Below the pieces are notes generated by a model. The model ran no database searches. It was not told where the DNA came from and saw only the letters and a list, made by a program, of their open reading frames with translations. Below are positions 38,337-49,298 of a stretch of DNA of 64,000 nucleotides, piece by piece. The first letter of the stretch is position 1, and the number at the start of each line of letters is the position of its first letter. The position numbers were made by a program, and so were the translations under genes. Source of the stretch: Candidatus Aenigmatarchaeota archaeon (GTDB lineage: Archaea > Aenigmatarchaeota > Aenigmatarchaeia > QMZP01 > QMZT01); the NCBI GenBank assembly GCA_963726265.1, contig CAVSBQ010000002.1:832001-896000 (forward strand), written 5' to 3'.

Positions 38337-39620
38337 CTACTCCACCAGGTAATCCTCAAAATTTATCTTCATCGGCAGCTCGGGCCTGCTGAAGTCCTTG
38401 CCCTTCGAGACGAGCGGCTTGGTCAGGTCGAAGCCGACCTTCGTCGTCTCGCGCGTGGCCATGTCAGACGAAGGGTCGAGCGACGAGCCCTTCTCTTTCG
38501 TCTTTACTATCATGTTCTTGTCTGCTTGAAAGCGAGTAGCCATGGCCCATTCGATTTCGCTCGGGTTCTCGATGTCTATGTCGCCATCGACGATGAAAAC
38601 GTGCTTCATCGATGCGTGGCCCTTGAACGCGGCTTCGATTGCTTTGCGTCCGTCGTCGTCGTGCTTCTTGTGAATCTTGACCGCGCCGTGCAGCCACGAG
38701 CATCCGCCGGGAGTTATGTAGACGTCGAGGCATTCGCATACCTTGTTGACCTCGCGGAAAATCGTCGGCTCGCGCGGCATGCCCATGAGAATCTTGTGCT
38801 CCAGGTCGCCGGGCAGCAGCGCATGGAAAAGCGCTCCCTTGCGCGCATAGATTTTCTTGACGCGCACGACCGACTGCTTGCGGACGATGTCGAAAGTCTC
38901 GGTCAGGTCGAGGAACGGCCCTTCGTCCGCGAGCTCGCCGGTGAATTCGCATATCATGACTATTTCGCTTTCCGGGACGATGTGCCCGTCCAGTTCGACG
39001 ACGTATCGTCTCATGCAGCGCGTTCGCAATCGCCAGCTCGTTCTTGCCCAGCTCCGCGGATATCGCCGCGCCGATAAGGACGGTCGTCGGATTGCCTATG
39101 CAGAAGGCGAATTCCTTCAGCCCGCGTTTCTGGTATTCATTCAGATGGCGTTCCAGGATGCGCAGCACCATTTTGTCCTTGCCGATAATCATTGCCCGAT
39201 GATAGGACGCGTTTGTGCCATACTCGTTGTCCTTCGCGACCGCGATGCCGGACGCGATGTAAGGCCCGCCATCCTTTGGGTAGTAGGTCAGAATCGGCAG
39301 CTTGGAAAGGTCGCATTCAAGTTCCTCATATGCCGCTTTCGCGATCTTTACGGCGGCTCCTTCGGATGGTCTATCGCATGCGTCAGCTTCGCTATCAGCT
39401 CCTTCTTGTCGATCCCGAGGCCGAGGCAAACCAGGTCGCGCGTCGAGCAGACGTTCGATACGACGGGCATGCTGTGGCCTTTCACGTGCTCGAAAAGCAC
39501 GGGCTTGCCATTGAGCTTCTTGACTATGGTCGATATCTCGTATTTGGTGTCGACCGGCTTCTTGATTCTCGTAAGCATACCTTTCTTGTCCAGCAAATCA
39601 ACAAATTCCCTCATGTTCAT
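38337..39620 (-). CDS. ubiD: UbiD-family decarboxylase (anhydromevalonate phosphate decarboxylase); frameshifts near 39350 and 39015
   Basis: DGGPYI, NASYHR, EGPF.D, GGCSWLH, EWAMATRFQ, GSSLDPS across three ORFs. Confidence 0.9.
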
Positions 39621-39788
39621 CAAAATCACCTTAACCCTTTCAGGCTTTTCAGCCATCCGAATCCGATATTCATAGCCTTAATAGAGAAATTGGGTTTTTA
39701 TTTTAAATTGTTAACAGACGCCAATCGTCGAGTTCTGGGTCTATTTTAAAGTATTTAAATACAAATTAGCTATTAAATAGTAATAATT

Positions 39789-40859
39789 ATGACGATAATA
39801 CTACCTTCCCACGATGAAAGCGTTATGCCGCTTACCTTAGGTCATGTTCTCAGGACTCCTAGCGAAGACTGGCCAAACTACGGCATAAGATGGGATACGC
39901 CAACGGACTTCCAAAGGCTCGTTGAGTGGAGCAGGGGCGAATACATGAGGGAATGGGCTCAGGGAGATCCGACGCAAATAGAAGTTGTTGCAGAGGCTTC
40001 GAAAAGAGCTTTCAGCGGTAATGACAACAACCAGATTCTGAGAGAAAAGACGGGCGAAGTCGTTGCTAAACATCTTGAGATGCAGACGCAAAGCGGCAAA
40101 AGAGTTTTTTATGTCCTTGATGTCGGCGCGGGCGCCGGAGATTCTTTCATAACATTTTTGGACAAAGTCCCGAAAGACTTCAAAGGTGAAATAACTGCTG
40201 TGCTTCTGGACCCGGCCGCAAAGCCACTGGGCAAAGCTGCTGAAAGGGTTGCTGGACGCGGAATCAAATACGTGATGCTTGAAGGAAGACAGGACCAGAT
40301 ACCGGAGCTGTTTGCAAAATACCTTGATGGTAAGAAAATGTCAGCCGTTTTACAGGTTGGTTCTATACATCATGATTGCAACATCCCATTCCAGCATTTT
40401 TTTAATGTAATCGAAGATGACGGCATATTCGCATCCGGCGACTGGCATCCGCAGACGTGGCAGAATCCTGCTTACGTATTGAAAATGCTGGAAACAAACT
40501 GGCCGGAACATGAACAGGCAATAGCACATTTCAAGAAAGTTTATGGTGTAAAAAATTCATCTTTACCGCGCGACGCCAAAGACAAGCAGGCGTGCAAGGA
40601 TATATTCAGATTCTGGAAAGCTTACCACGATGGCCTGAGAGAAAGGGGAAGAGATCATGGCTCAAACAGCATATGGCCGTTTGAATCGCATCAGGACTTC
40701 AGGAGATATATTGAGAAAATGAAGGCCGCTGGATTTTCGACTGACGTTGATGGTTATCTTGGCGAGCTTCTGCATGAAACAGGAACTGCAAACCCTCAAA
40801 GTTTCTACAAAAACAGTACTGTTATAATGGGAACATACGGACACAGGTTATCGGTTTGA
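39789..40859 (+). CDS. Class I SAM-dependent methyltransferase-like protein
   Basis: VLDVGAGAG, LLDP, SIHH. Confidence 0.75.
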   Translation: MTIILPSHDESVMPLTLGHVLRTPSEDWPNYGIRWDTPTDFQRLVEWSRGEYMREWAQGDPTQIEVVAEASKRAFSGNDNNQILREKTGEVVAKHLEMQTQSGKRVFYVLDVGAGAGDSFITFLDKVPKDFKGEITAVLLDPAAKPLGKAAERVAGRGIKYVMLEGRQDQIPELFAKYLDGKKMSAVLQVGSIHHDCNIPFQHFFNVIEDDGIFASGDWHPQTWQNPAYVLKMLETNWPEHEQAIAHFKKVYGVKNSSLPRDAKDKQACKDIFRFWKAYHDGLRERGRDHGSNSIWPFESHQDFRRYIEKMKAAGFSTDVDGYLGELLHETGTANPQSFYKNSTVIMGTYGHRLSV

Positions 40860-40864
40860 AATAA

Positions 40865-41797
40865 TCAGACGCCGATTTCCGTCTTAAGCGTCCTGTAGCC
40901 TTTCGCTTCTATCGCCTTCGCGACCTTATCCTGCGTGGCCTTGCCGGGCGTAAGGATGATAACGTAGCCACCGCGTCCTGTGCCTGTTATTTTCGCTCCA
41001 GCAGCGCCGTTCGCCCTGGCAACGTTTATGATTTCCTCTGCCTGCCTGCATGAAAGGTTCATTTCCCTGAGCAGGTGGTGGTTCTCGTCCATGAGCTTGC
41101 CGAGTTTTTGTATGTCACCGCTCTCAAGGACGCCTCTCGCTTCCTTCACGATTTTCACGTAATCGCTGAATAGCTTCTCGTATTTCTTCGGGTCCGCTTC
41201 CTTCGCCTTTTTCACGTCCTCGACGACGAGCTTCGTCTCCTGGGAGATGCCAGTGTTGCCGAGCACGATTTCGATGGAATGTCTCGCCTTTATCAGCTCC
41301 ATCCTGTTCTCGCCGCCTTTGAAATTCTTCTCGAACCACAGCAGGCCGCCGAAGGTCGCGCAGGTATTATCGATTCCGGAAGGCGTGCCTGCCGAACCTT
41401 TCTCGCCTTCGTAGGATATCCTGTTCACCTGCTCGTCGTCCAGGCCGAGTTTGAAATATTCCGAGAACGCGCGGGCGATGGACGTCGCCATAGCCGCGCT
41501 CGCCCCTATGCCGCTCGTGCAGAAAAGGTTGCCAGAAAGCGTGATTTTCATCGGCGTTTTAACAGGGTCGATTTTCATGAAGTCGAAAATGAGCTTCATG
41601 GAGCGCTCCATCTCGTCCTTCTTCATCATCTTGTAGCCGTCTGTCGCCGGCCGCTTGTCCACGAGCTCGAATTTCTTCGCCTTCTCGATATTCGCGATGG
41701 TTTTATCGCCTATCGCCGAAGCTATCGCTGGCAGGCCATACACCACGAAATGCTCTCCGAACAAAATGATTTTTCCGAAACCATAACCTTCTGCCAT
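40865..41797 (-). CDS. mvk: Mevalonate kinase
   Basis: GKIILFGEHFVVYG, SGIGASAA, PSGIDN, KITGTGRGG. Confidence 0.95.
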   Translation of the reverse strand: MAEGYGFGKIILFGEHFVVYGLPAIASAIGDKTIANIEKAKKFELVDKRPATDGYKMMKKDEMERSMKLIFDFMKIDPVKTPMKITLSGNLFCTSGIGASAAMATSIARAFSEYFKLGLDDEQVNRISYEGEKGSAGTPSGIDNTCATFGGLLWFEKNFKGGENRMELIKARHSIEIVLGNTGISQETKLVVEDVKKAKEADPKKYEKLFSDYVKIVKEARGVLESGDIQKLGKLMDENHHLLREMNLSCRQAEEIINVARANGAAGAKITGTGRGGYVIILTPGKATQDKVAKAIEAKGYRTLKTEIGV

Positions 41798-41880
41798 GAC
41801 ATCACCCCATCAGAGATATGTTAATGCACAATATTTCAAATATTTAAGCACGCAGTTTAAAAATAACTAATTGTGATTTC

Positions 41881-42057
41881 ATGGTTGCGGTAACGGACAA
41901 AAACAAGTGCCTGAGATGCGGCGGATGTGTGGCGGTGTGCTCGAAGCTCGCGCTGAACCTGACGGAGCACGGCATAACCTGCGACGCGAAGAGATGCATC
42001 AACTGCGCGGCCTGCGTGAACTTCTGCCCTGTCGAGGCCATGAGCCTGAAGAAGTAG
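41881..42057 (+). CDS. 2[4Fe-4S] ferredoxin (58 aa, below ORF-track cutoff)
   Basis: CLRCGGCVAVC and CINCAACVNFCP. Confidence 0.92.
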   Translation: MVAVTDKNKCLRCGGCVAVCSKLALNLTEHGITCDAKRCINCAACVNFCPVEAMSLKK

Positions 42058-42101
42058 GCGAATAGGCAAGCTTATTTTAAATTACAAACGAAGAATTCTA
42101 C

Positions 42102-42512
42102 ATGATGCGCAAAGTGCTCGTGGGCGGCGTTTTCAACATCGTCCATCCAGGCCACGTCTTCTTCCTGAAGAAAGCGAAGGAGCTCGGCGATTATCTCGTC
42201 GTGGTGATAGCGAATGACAAGACCGCCGCCAGGACGAAGCAATACGCCGTGCGCGGCCAGGAGGAAAGGAAGCGGGACGTCGAGAAACTGGGCATAGCCA
42301 ACAAGGTCGTGATAGGCGACGCAAGCGACTTCATGAAGGTCGTCCGGGAAGAGAAGCCGGACATAATAGCGCTCGGCTACGACCAGAGGATGAACGAATA
42401 CGAGCTGAAATGGATGCTCGCGCAGAGCGGCGTAAGGTGCGCGATATTCAGGATAAAGCAGAACCTGAGGGGTTACAAGACAAGCAGACTTATAAAAAAG
42501 AACAAAAAATAG
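42102..42512 (+). CDS. ribL: FAD synthase (cytidylyltransferase family)
   Basis: GGVFNIVHPGH, PDIIALGYDQ, YKTS. Confidence 0.8.
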   Translation: MMRKVLVGGVFNIVHPGHVFFLKKAKELGDYLVVVIANDKTAARTKQYAVRGQEERKRDVEKLGIANKVVIGDASDFMKVVREEKPDIIALGYDQRMNEYELKWMLAQSGVRCAIFRIKQNLRGYKTSRLIKKNKK

Positions 42513-42520
42513 CAAGAGAT

Positions 42521-42601
42521 TTACATGTTCTCTTCTTCTTCCTCTGATGGATCTTCGTCATCAAAGGGTTTTTCAGGAAAATCGTCGTCATCAAAGCGCA
42601 A
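42521..42601 (-). CDS. Putative 26-aa highly acidic micro-protein
   Basis: TTG start after GGTGA SD; (M)RFDDDDFPEKPFDDEDPSEEEEENM. Confidence 0.4.
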   Translation of the reverse strand: MRFDDDDFPEKPFDDEDPSEEEEENM

Positions 42602-42685
42602 ACAAATCACCCAAATTTATTTAATATTGAACGGCATGGGTATTTAAGATTTTTGATTGTCTAGTCTCGCTTGTCGCAGAGCCGC

Positions 42686-43075
42686 TTATCTCGCCTGCTT
42701 TATCATTTTCCTGCTGCCTATTTCCCAGTATTCGACTTCCCCGCCCGCCTGGACCCTGTCCTTCAAGTCGGCAGGTATTTCGACCTCGAACATCGAGTAG
42801 TCCTCAAGGTCCATGAGCTGTGCCATGTTGCCCGTTATCGACACGACCTGTGCCCCCCTTTTCAGGATTATGGGGATGCTGCACGCAGCCGACGTGGGCT
42901 TCATGAGAGTTCGCTTTTTATCGTCGAACACGCCGACTGCTTCGACTCTCGCTTTAGTCGCGCCGTGCTTTCCGGGTTTTGACGTAGCTGTCTTCGTGAC
43001 CTTGCACGGCTCGCCGTCTATCATCACATATGACCCGGGTTTCAAATCCTTTACTACTCCTACCTTTTCCGCCAT
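42686..43075 (-). CDS. eif5a: Translation factor aIF5A
   Basis: Hypusine motif SKPGKHG. Confidence 0.95.
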   Translation of the reverse strand: MAEKVGVVKDLKPGSYVMIDGEPCKVTKTATSKPGKHGATKARVEAVGVFDDKKRTLMKPTSAACSIPIILKRGAQVVSITGNMAQLMDLEDYSMFEVEIPADLKDRVQAGGEVEYWEIGSRKMIKQAR

Positions 43076-43303
43076 GAACAACCCTCACCTTTTTAATGTA
43101 GTTATTATTGTAATGTTATTATAATAAATAATTTTGCCAGGCTGGCCTTCCTGCGTTTCTCCGGCATCGTCCCGCGAGAACAGGCATAATGTAACCACTT
43201 GGCAAAAGTGAATATATACACTGAAATATCGAAATCTTTATAAAGGAGTAAACTATAAGATATATTAACGTTTGGACTTATATAATCACTTGAAGGGAGT
43301 AAA

Positions 43304-44266
43304 ATGCCCGCAAAAATGCCTGCAAAACATGACGAAAAAAAGCAAAAATGCCCTGAGTGCAATTCTACTAACCTGAAATATGATTCTTCCAGAGGTGAAA
43401 TGACGTGCGCGGATTGCGGCCTCGTCATTAATTCTTCTATGATCGACACGACCCAGGAATGGAGAGCGTTCGACGACAGCCAGCGCTCGCGACGTGTGAG
43501 AACGGGCGCTCCGCTGACGGTGACGAAGCACGACCAGGGCCTGACGACTGAGATAGGCAAGGGGCGCGGCGAGCTGTTCAAGGTCGCGGCGAAAAAGCGC
43601 GCGCAATATTACAGGCTTTCCAAGTGGCACAAGAGGCTGATAAAATCGAAAGACCGCAACTTGTCCTTCGCGTTCTCCGAGTTGCAGAGGCTCATTTCTT
43701 ACCTGAACCTTTCGCAAGCGGTCCACGAGAAGGTCGCGAAGCTTTACGAAAGGGCGGTTGAGAAAGGTCTCGTCCGCGGACGCTCGACCGAGTCGATAAT
43801 AGCCGCGCTGCTCTACACTACCTGTAGAGAGGAAGGCGCTCCGCGAACGCTGGACGAGATTTCCAAGGCTTCAGGCATCCCCAAGAGGGACATAGGAAAA
43901 ACGTATCGTTATATTTCAAGGAAGCTCGACATCCGCATACTTCCCGCGAAACCCCAGGATTACATACCGAGATTCGGCTCGCTTCTTGGCCTCGACGAAA
44001 TTATCCAGGTGAAGGCGGTCAAGGTCCTCGACGAGGCGATGAAGCACGACGTGACGAGCGGGAAAGGTCCGATCGGCGTCGCGGCTGCGGCGTTGTACAT
44101 CGCTGCGGTCCTCGAAGGCAAGAAAAAGACGCAGCGCGAGGTCGCGGATGCGATAGGCGTGACCGAAGTCACAATTCGAAATCGTTACAAGGAAATAGTC
44201 GAGCGCCTCGGCATAAAGGACGAGGTCGAGGAAAAGGTCAAGGAAGACGAGGAACTGCTCGATTAA
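43304..44266 (+). CDS. tfb: Transcription initiation factor IIB
   Basis: CPEC/CADC zinc ribbon, EWRAF, RGRS, VTEVTIRNRY. Confidence 0.96.
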   Translation: MPAKMPAKHDEKKQKCPECNSTNLKYDSSRGEMTCADCGLVINSSMIDTTQEWRAFDDSQRSRRVRTGAPLTVTKHDQGLTTEIGKGRGELFKVAAKKRAQYYRLSKWHKRLIKSKDRNLSFAFSELQRLISYLNLSQAVHEKVAKLYERAVEKGLVRGRSTESIIAALLYTTCREEGAPRTLDEISKASGIPKRDIGKTYRYISRKLDIRILPAKPQDYIPRFGSLLGLDEIIQVKAVKVLDEAMKHDVTSGKGPIGVAAAALYIAAVLEGKKKTQREVADAIGVTEVTIRNRYKEIVERLGIKDEVEEKVKEDEELLD

Positions 44267-44278
44267 ACTCGTTCGCCC

Positions 44279-45352
44279 CTAATTATTCTTGCGTCTTAAA
44301 ATTCCGGCAATTTCCCTTACAGTGGCGTCTGTTTTTACTGCCGTAAGGCACATGTGCGTCCTGGACGCCTCGAAGCCCTTTGACCTCAGGCTTTCTATGA
44401 TATCATCGATTTTCGGAGGGCTCGCCTTCAGCGACTGCGCCACCATGTGCACGTCGTAATAGAAAGGATGGTCTATCTCCTCCGCAGAAAGTTTTATCTC
44501 TTTTTCGCCCTGGAATTCGAACGACTCCAGCAAACGTTTGCAGAACTCGCGATCCTGGATTTCCCCGGTCCATAGCGGGCCGATGTGCTTCATTTCGCTT
44601 CTGCAGTTATCGCAGCGGCTCTCTACGCCGATTTTTTTGTTGTGGCATTTCGGGCAGTACGAGACCATGCTTATCTTTGCCATTCCCTTTTCAGCGCCAT
44701 ACGAAACCCTTCCGATAACGCGGAAGTAATGGTTCGCGTGCGAATACAGGGGCTCGAAGCTCATGTCGTGCGTCGCGAGGTTCTTGATAATAGAGGTTAT
44801 CAGGACGCGGATGCCCAGTTCTTTCGGGAAGTCGGTTTCCGTCACGAACACGCCGTAGCGCCTGAAGCACGCGGAAGCGAACTTCCCTGACAGCGCGCCC
44901 GAGTCCGTCGCGGTCACGCCGAGCAGCGAGGCCTTCCTGAGTGAATAAGAGACGCTTCTCAGGAACTTGATGGGCGAGCCGAACGGGTCGATGTCAACGA
45001 AATTGAACCTTCTTTTTTCGAGGAAAAGCTCGTTCGCGTCCTTGCTGGAGATTTCGTAAGATGACTTCTTTATTTTGTTAAGCGCGAGATTCTTGCGGAG
45101 AAGCTTTATGGCGGCAGGGCTGACATCGTTGAACATAACGCTGGCGACGCCCGCTTCCTTTAACAGGCGAATTCCGCGCACGCCTGTCGCCGCGAGCGGG
45201 TCGAGAACGTCTTTCGCCCCGGCGAGCCTGACGATTGCGACGGTCACGTTCCTCTGGTGCTCCATCGCCGGGTTGTAGAACGTCTCCGACGCCTTCGTCA
45301 GCGATTCGTCGGGAACGTAAAGTTTCGCTTTTCCTTCTACGGTCTTTTTCAT
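44279..45352 (-). CDS. trm1: tRNA (guanine-26-N2)-dimethyltransferase
   Basis: FYNP, ATGVRGIR, DIDPFGSP, TATD, GPLW. Confidence 0.93.
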   Translation of the reverse strand: MKKTVEGKAKLYVPDESLTKASETFYNPAMEHQRNVTVAIVRLAGAKDVLDPLAATGVRGIRLLKEAGVASVMFNDVSPAAIKLLRKNLALNKIKKSSYEISSKDANELFLEKRRFNFVDIDPFGSPIKFLRSVSYSLRKASLLGVTATDSGALSGKFASACFRRYGVFVTETDFPKELGIRVLITSIIKNLATHDMSFEPLYSHANHYFRVIGRVSYGAEKGMAKISMVSYCPKCHNKKIGVESRCDNCRSEMKHIGPLWTGEIQDREFCKRLLESFEFQGEKEIKLSAEEIDHPFYYDVHMVAQSLKASPPKIDDIIESLRSKGFEASRTHMCLTAVKTDATVREIAGILRRKNN

Positions 45353-45395
45353 AGGAAATTTTTGAAAGCAGACAATAAAAACATAAAAAGAAAGA

Positions 45396-45469
45396 TGGGG
45401 CAAGTGGGATTTGAACCCACGACCTATCGGTCTTCAGCCGAGCGCTCTCCCGGGCTGAGCTATTGCCCC
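45396..45469 (-). tRNA. tRNA-Phe(GAA)
   Basis: Cloverleaf GGGGCAA...CT GAA GA...TTCAAAT...TTGCCCCA. Confidence 0.95.
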
Positions 45470-45506
45470 CCGTATAACCATAATATTCTGGCAGGCAATT
45501 TAAAAA

Positions 45507-45785
45507 TCAATACGTGACCACTTTTATGCTGCGGTCTTCCTGCTGTATCTTGTATATCTTGCCCGCCCTGAACCTGCCTATGACGCTTTCCAGCGCCTTT
45601 TCCATTTCCTGGTAATGCTCGGGGCACAAATAGAGCGAAATTATGTCCCTTTTCTTGGCCGTGTGCATGTCTATCTGGTATATCAGCATCTCCTTCGACG
45701 GCTTCCTGCCGCATTCCCTGAAGTTGCAGCTCGTCCTGAGAAGGCGGATGTTGCAGTGCCTGTCGACAAGCTCGAAGAGCTCCAT
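45507..45785 (-). CDS. Hypothetical protein, possible Zn-binding
   Basis: CNFREC...LCPEH. Confidence 0.6.
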   Translation of the reverse strand: MELFELVDRHCNIRLLRTSCNFRECGRKPSKEMLIYQIDMHTAKKRDIISLYLCPEHYQEMEKALESVIGRFRAGKIYKIQQEDRSIKVVTY

Positions 45786-45916
45786 GTTAAGTTATTGGGC
45801 TAAAGCTTGAAAAACGTTTCAGAAGCAGCAGGCTGACGCAGGCTTGCCTGCGCTTAAATCGATTGAAACAGGCAGGGCCTGTTTCTTTCGCTCGTCACGT
45901 CCCGGGCAGGGAACGA

Positions 45917-45988
45917 CGTCCCGAGCAGGGTTCGAACCTGCGACCTATCGGTTAACAGCCGATCGCTCTACCACTGAGCTATCGGGAC
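45917..45988 (-). tRNA. tRNA-Asn(GTT)
   Basis: Cloverleaf GTCCCGA...CT GTT AA...TTCGAAC...TCGGGACG. Confidence 0.95.
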
Positions 45989-46051
45989 AATACTAAAGTT
46001 TAACCAGCGCCAGAAATAAAAAGGTTTTTCATTCCCTTTGCAAAATCCTTT

Positions 46052-47161
46052 CTAAGGCAAGAAGTCCTGCTGCCTGATTTTTTCGGGCAGGTATGTCTCG
46101 GAGATGAACCTTATCCCCTTCGCCGACAGCGCTTCTAACTCGAGCTTGTAGCCGAAATGTAGCATGTTCTTGAGCTCCTTCTGCCATTCCTTGGGCTTGA
46201 ACCAGACGTATTGCATGAGCTCTTTCGTGCGCTTGATGTCGAGGTTGTTCATCTTTATCGTGACGTTGTGAGGTATGCCGAATTTTTCGACGTCGAGCGT
46301 CGTGAGCCCGATGTATTTCGCGTCAGGCGTGCCCAGCCGGTCTGACAGGAAGGAAAGATTGATGGAGCCCTGCTTGATGACCGAGTAAATATAATAGCCG
46401 TAGCAGTCGGCGTCGCACAGCACGTATACGGGCAGCTTGTGTTCAATATGGAGCCGGTTGACGAGGCGGCGCGTCCCGCGCGCGGGCTGGCCCTTGCCGG
46501 TTATGATGAGGCAGTTGTGCTTCTTCCAGAACTTGTCTTCATTGAGGCGCTGCCAGACGGCGTCTTTCTCTATGACCAGGACGTAGTCTGCCTTGACGTC
46601 CTCGAACCGGATGATGTCGCTCTCGACGTTGCTCGGGATCGCCCAGCCGGAGCTGCCCATCTTGGCGCAGTTTATCCTGTCGCCCATGTCGTTTAGGACG
46701 ACGTTGCCCGCCATGTAGCCCTTGCGATCGGCCTTGAGGCTGAGGTTTTCCCTGAGCGTGTTGAGCATCGCCTCAAGGTCCTCGATGACGGGGTCGCTCT
46801 CGTCCTGCTCCTCGAACGTGTTTTCCCTCGTCCCTGGAATTGTGCGCTTGAGCGCGTAGTAAAGGTCACGAATCGACGTGGTAACGCCCTGCCTGCGTAT
46901 GTTCTTGCATTCCGCGGCGACCATCAGCGTCTGCATGAACTTCTTGGTGTGCGCGGCGTTCAGGTAGAAGCGCTCGCTCTTCTTTTCGCCCAGCTGGATA
47001 AGGCCGTTCTTCTCGTCAAAATATATGTTCGAGAGTGACCTGACCGGCAGCTCTAGCTTTGGGTTTTCCTGCCTTTCTATCTGGCGCAGGACGTTCTTTC
47101 CCAGTTCCTGCAGCTTTTGCGCTTCCTTCCTTTCCTTCTCCGCCTTCGCTTTCTCCATCAT
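46052..47161 (-). CDS. top6A: DNA topoisomerase VI subunit A
   Basis: RDLYY, IEKDA, GKGQP, DAD.YG, ELEAL. Confidence 0.95.
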   Translation of the reverse strand: MMEKAKAEKERKEAQKLQELGKNVLRQIERQENPKLELPVRSLSNIYFDEKNGLIQLGEKKSERFYLNAAHTKKFMQTLMVAAECKNIRRQGVTTSIRDLYYALKRTIPGTRENTFEEQDESDPVIEDLEAMLNTLRENLSLKADRKGYMAGNVVLNDMGDRINCAKMGSSGWAIPSNVESDIIRFEDVKADYVLVIEKDAVWQRLNEDKFWKKHNCLIITGKGQPARGTRRLVNRLHIEHKLPVYVLCDADCYGYYIYSVIKQGSINLSFLSDRLGTPDAKYIGLTTLDVEKFGIPHNVTIKMNNLDIKRTKELMQYVWFKPKEWQKELKNMLHFGYKLELEALSAKGIRFISETYLPEKIRQQDFLP

Positions 47162-48728
47162 CTTCCTCCGTTATTTTATGCCTTTTCGAATTTATGAGCT
47201 CGAAAATCTCCTGCTTTATTTTCTCCTTGTTCTCTTCAGTGAGCTCTGAAATAGCATTCGCAGTCTCGTCCGCATAGCGCTCGAAGGTCTGCATCCTCTG
47301 CTGGTGGTATTCGCTTTTGCGCTTACCGGAAAGGTAAAGCCCCAGCTTACGCGAGCATTCCTGCAGCGCTAGTTTTATTTCCTTGATTATGACCGGATAA
47401 CTCGCGATTGCCTCCTTCGATTCGGAGGTGAACGGCACCCACACTGAAAACAGGTGGACGAATATCGCGACCGGCTCGGGGTTCTCGGCCGAGGTCTTCA
47501 TGAAATTCGCGAGGCCGTATCTCCTCCATTCGATGTCAGAAATCGACTTCGTGATAGCGCAATCCCCTTGCTGATATAACAGCGGCACGCGGTTCGCGAA
47601 CCTCATGACTTTCGGCTCCGTGATCGCGCCTGCGTAGGCGATGCCCACCTCGACTTGGAAGGGCCATCCCCTGTAGACCTCGGGAGGCCTGGTCACGGCA
47701 TCGACCCACTCCGGCCTGAATTCCTTTTCGAGGCTTTTCTTGATGACGTCCTCGCCGAGAGGCGACAGGCAGTCCGTCGGCGGCTTGAGCAGCTTCACGC
47801 CCTTTATGACCTCCACGATCCTGCGCGCCTCCTCGTCCGTGATTCTCCGCGGCTTCCTCGTCTCCTCTATGACCGCCCGCGTGCATATGTCCTTCGCCGT
47901 AACCCTTCCGACCTTGGTGAACTCGCTGGTCAGGAAGCTGGCGAAGGTCCGCGCCTTCGTGTCGCGAAGCATGCGGGTGAAAACGCCGAACTCGACGCCG
48001 TGCAGGTGTGGCATTATCTCCTTCGGCTCGCGCGGCAGGTGGCCGACCGCGTTCTCGTACACGCTTTCCACGCCGTCCGGCGCCACGAAAGTTATCTTCG
48101 CGTGCGGGTTCACTATCGCGGTCTGCCTTATGTATTCGGGTATCGACTGCCTGTAATCCCTGTAAATGCCCTCGGTCATGAACCTCAGCGCAACGCCGGT
48201 CGCGAATCTCATTTTGGCCCCCTGCAGGCTGTCTTTTTCCGTGGTGGAGCTTTCAACTATGATGGGCTCGTTCTTGCGCACGTCTATCTTTATCTTGTAC
48301 TGGTGCAGCTTTCCGTTGCCTGTCGAGCTGAATATTTCGAGCGGCTCCCCGGTAGTAAGCTGCGTGTAAAGCGTCGCAGCGGAGACGCCTATGCCTTGCT
48401 GGCCGCGGCTCTGGCGGAGCCTGTGGAACTTCGAGCCGTAGAGCAGCTTCCCGAAAATCCTGGGTATCTGCTTCTCGACGATGCCGGGCCCGTTGTCCTC
48501 GATTATTATCTCGTATTTCTCGGGGGCGAGCTCCTTCACGCTCACGAAAATTTCCGGCAGCATGCCCGCCTCTTCGGTCGCGTCGAGCGCGTTGTCGACG
48601 CCTTCCTTGACTATCATGAGAAGCGCTTTCGCCTTGTTGTCGTAGCCGAGGAGATGGCGGTTCTTCTCGAAGAACTCGGATACCGAAATCTCGCGCTGCT
48701 CCTTGGCCATGTCTTCAGCTTTCTTCAT
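47016..48728 (-). CDS. top6B: DNA topoisomerase VI subunit B (C-terminus overlaps top6A)
   Basis: [37 protein letters not shown]. Confidence 0.95.
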   Translation of the reverse strand: MKKAEDMAKEQREISVSEFFEKNRHLLGYDNKAKALLMIVKEGVDNALDATEEAGMLPEIFVSVKELAPEKYEIIIEDNGPGIVEKQIPRIFGKLLYGSKFHRLRQSRGQQGIGVSAATLYTQLTTGEPLEIFSSTGNGKLHQYKIKIDVRKNEPIIVESSTTEKDSLQGAKMRFATGVALRFMTEGIYRDYRQSIPEYIRQTAIVNPHAKITFVAPDGVESVYENAVGHLPREPKEIMPHLHGVEFGVFTRMLRDTKARTFASFLTSEFTKVGRVTAKDICTRAVIEETRKPRRITDEEARRIVEVIKGVKLLKPPTDCLSPLGEDVIKKSLEKEFRPEWVDAVTRPPEVYRGWPFQVEVGIAYAGAITEPKVMRFANRVPLLYQQGDCAITKSISDIEWRRYGLANFMKTSAENPEPVAIFVHLFSVWVPFTSESKEAIASYPVIIKEIKLALQECSRKLGLYLSGKRKSEYHQQRMQTFERYADETANAISELTEENKEKIKQEIFELINSKRHKITEEDDGESEGGEGKEGSAKAAGTGKERPAPDRKAGKPKARAAGQVTLEHIF

Positions 48729-49210
48729 CCTTCCCTTCCTCAAGGCAGCGATACACGTAAGCGTGCGTTTTCCCTTTTATCAGCAGGCCTATCGCCTCAT
48801 TCGCTCTCTCGACTTCGTCCCACTTGCCTATTATGGAGATCGTTTTTCCGTAAACGCAGATGTCCGTCTTGGTCAGCGTCTCGATGGTGTGCCTGCTTTT
48901 GCCGTCCCTGCCTATGATTCTTGCTATTGTCCTTTTCATCTGCTTCTCGCTCTCGTCGCCGAGGCTTATCACGTCGAGGCGGAAATCGTCATGCAGGAGC
49001 TTCAGCGCCTTATCTGGCGGCGAAGCCGCGGCCTATCGCCTTCACTATCTCCTTCGCCTTCAGCACGTCGAGCGCCTCGCCATCGATTTCGACGTCGTCG
49101 CCGACCGTGAGCGAGGTGTGAGTCTTTTTCTCGAGCTCCTTTTTTACCGAGCCGTTCTTCCCTATAAGCGCGCCCTTCCTCTGCTCCGGGATTCTGACAA
49201 GCTCAATCAT
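48715..49210 (-). CDS. KH-domain RNA-processing protein (Dim2/Pno1-like); frameshift near 49020
   Basis: LIGKNG, AIGRGF, RIIGRDG, G..HA.VY. Confidence 0.88.
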
Positions 49211-49298
49211 GGGCCATCATAAGAGAATTTTAATAACAGCATAACTTAAATGTTTCACCGTCTGGGCGGCGTTTTCATGAAGCATGACGGCTGTAAAA

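Noticed and set aside
47016..47161. 146-nt top6B/top6A overlap as an overprinted region
   Set aside because: The extension is low-complexity read-through; a lost stop or an indel is simpler.
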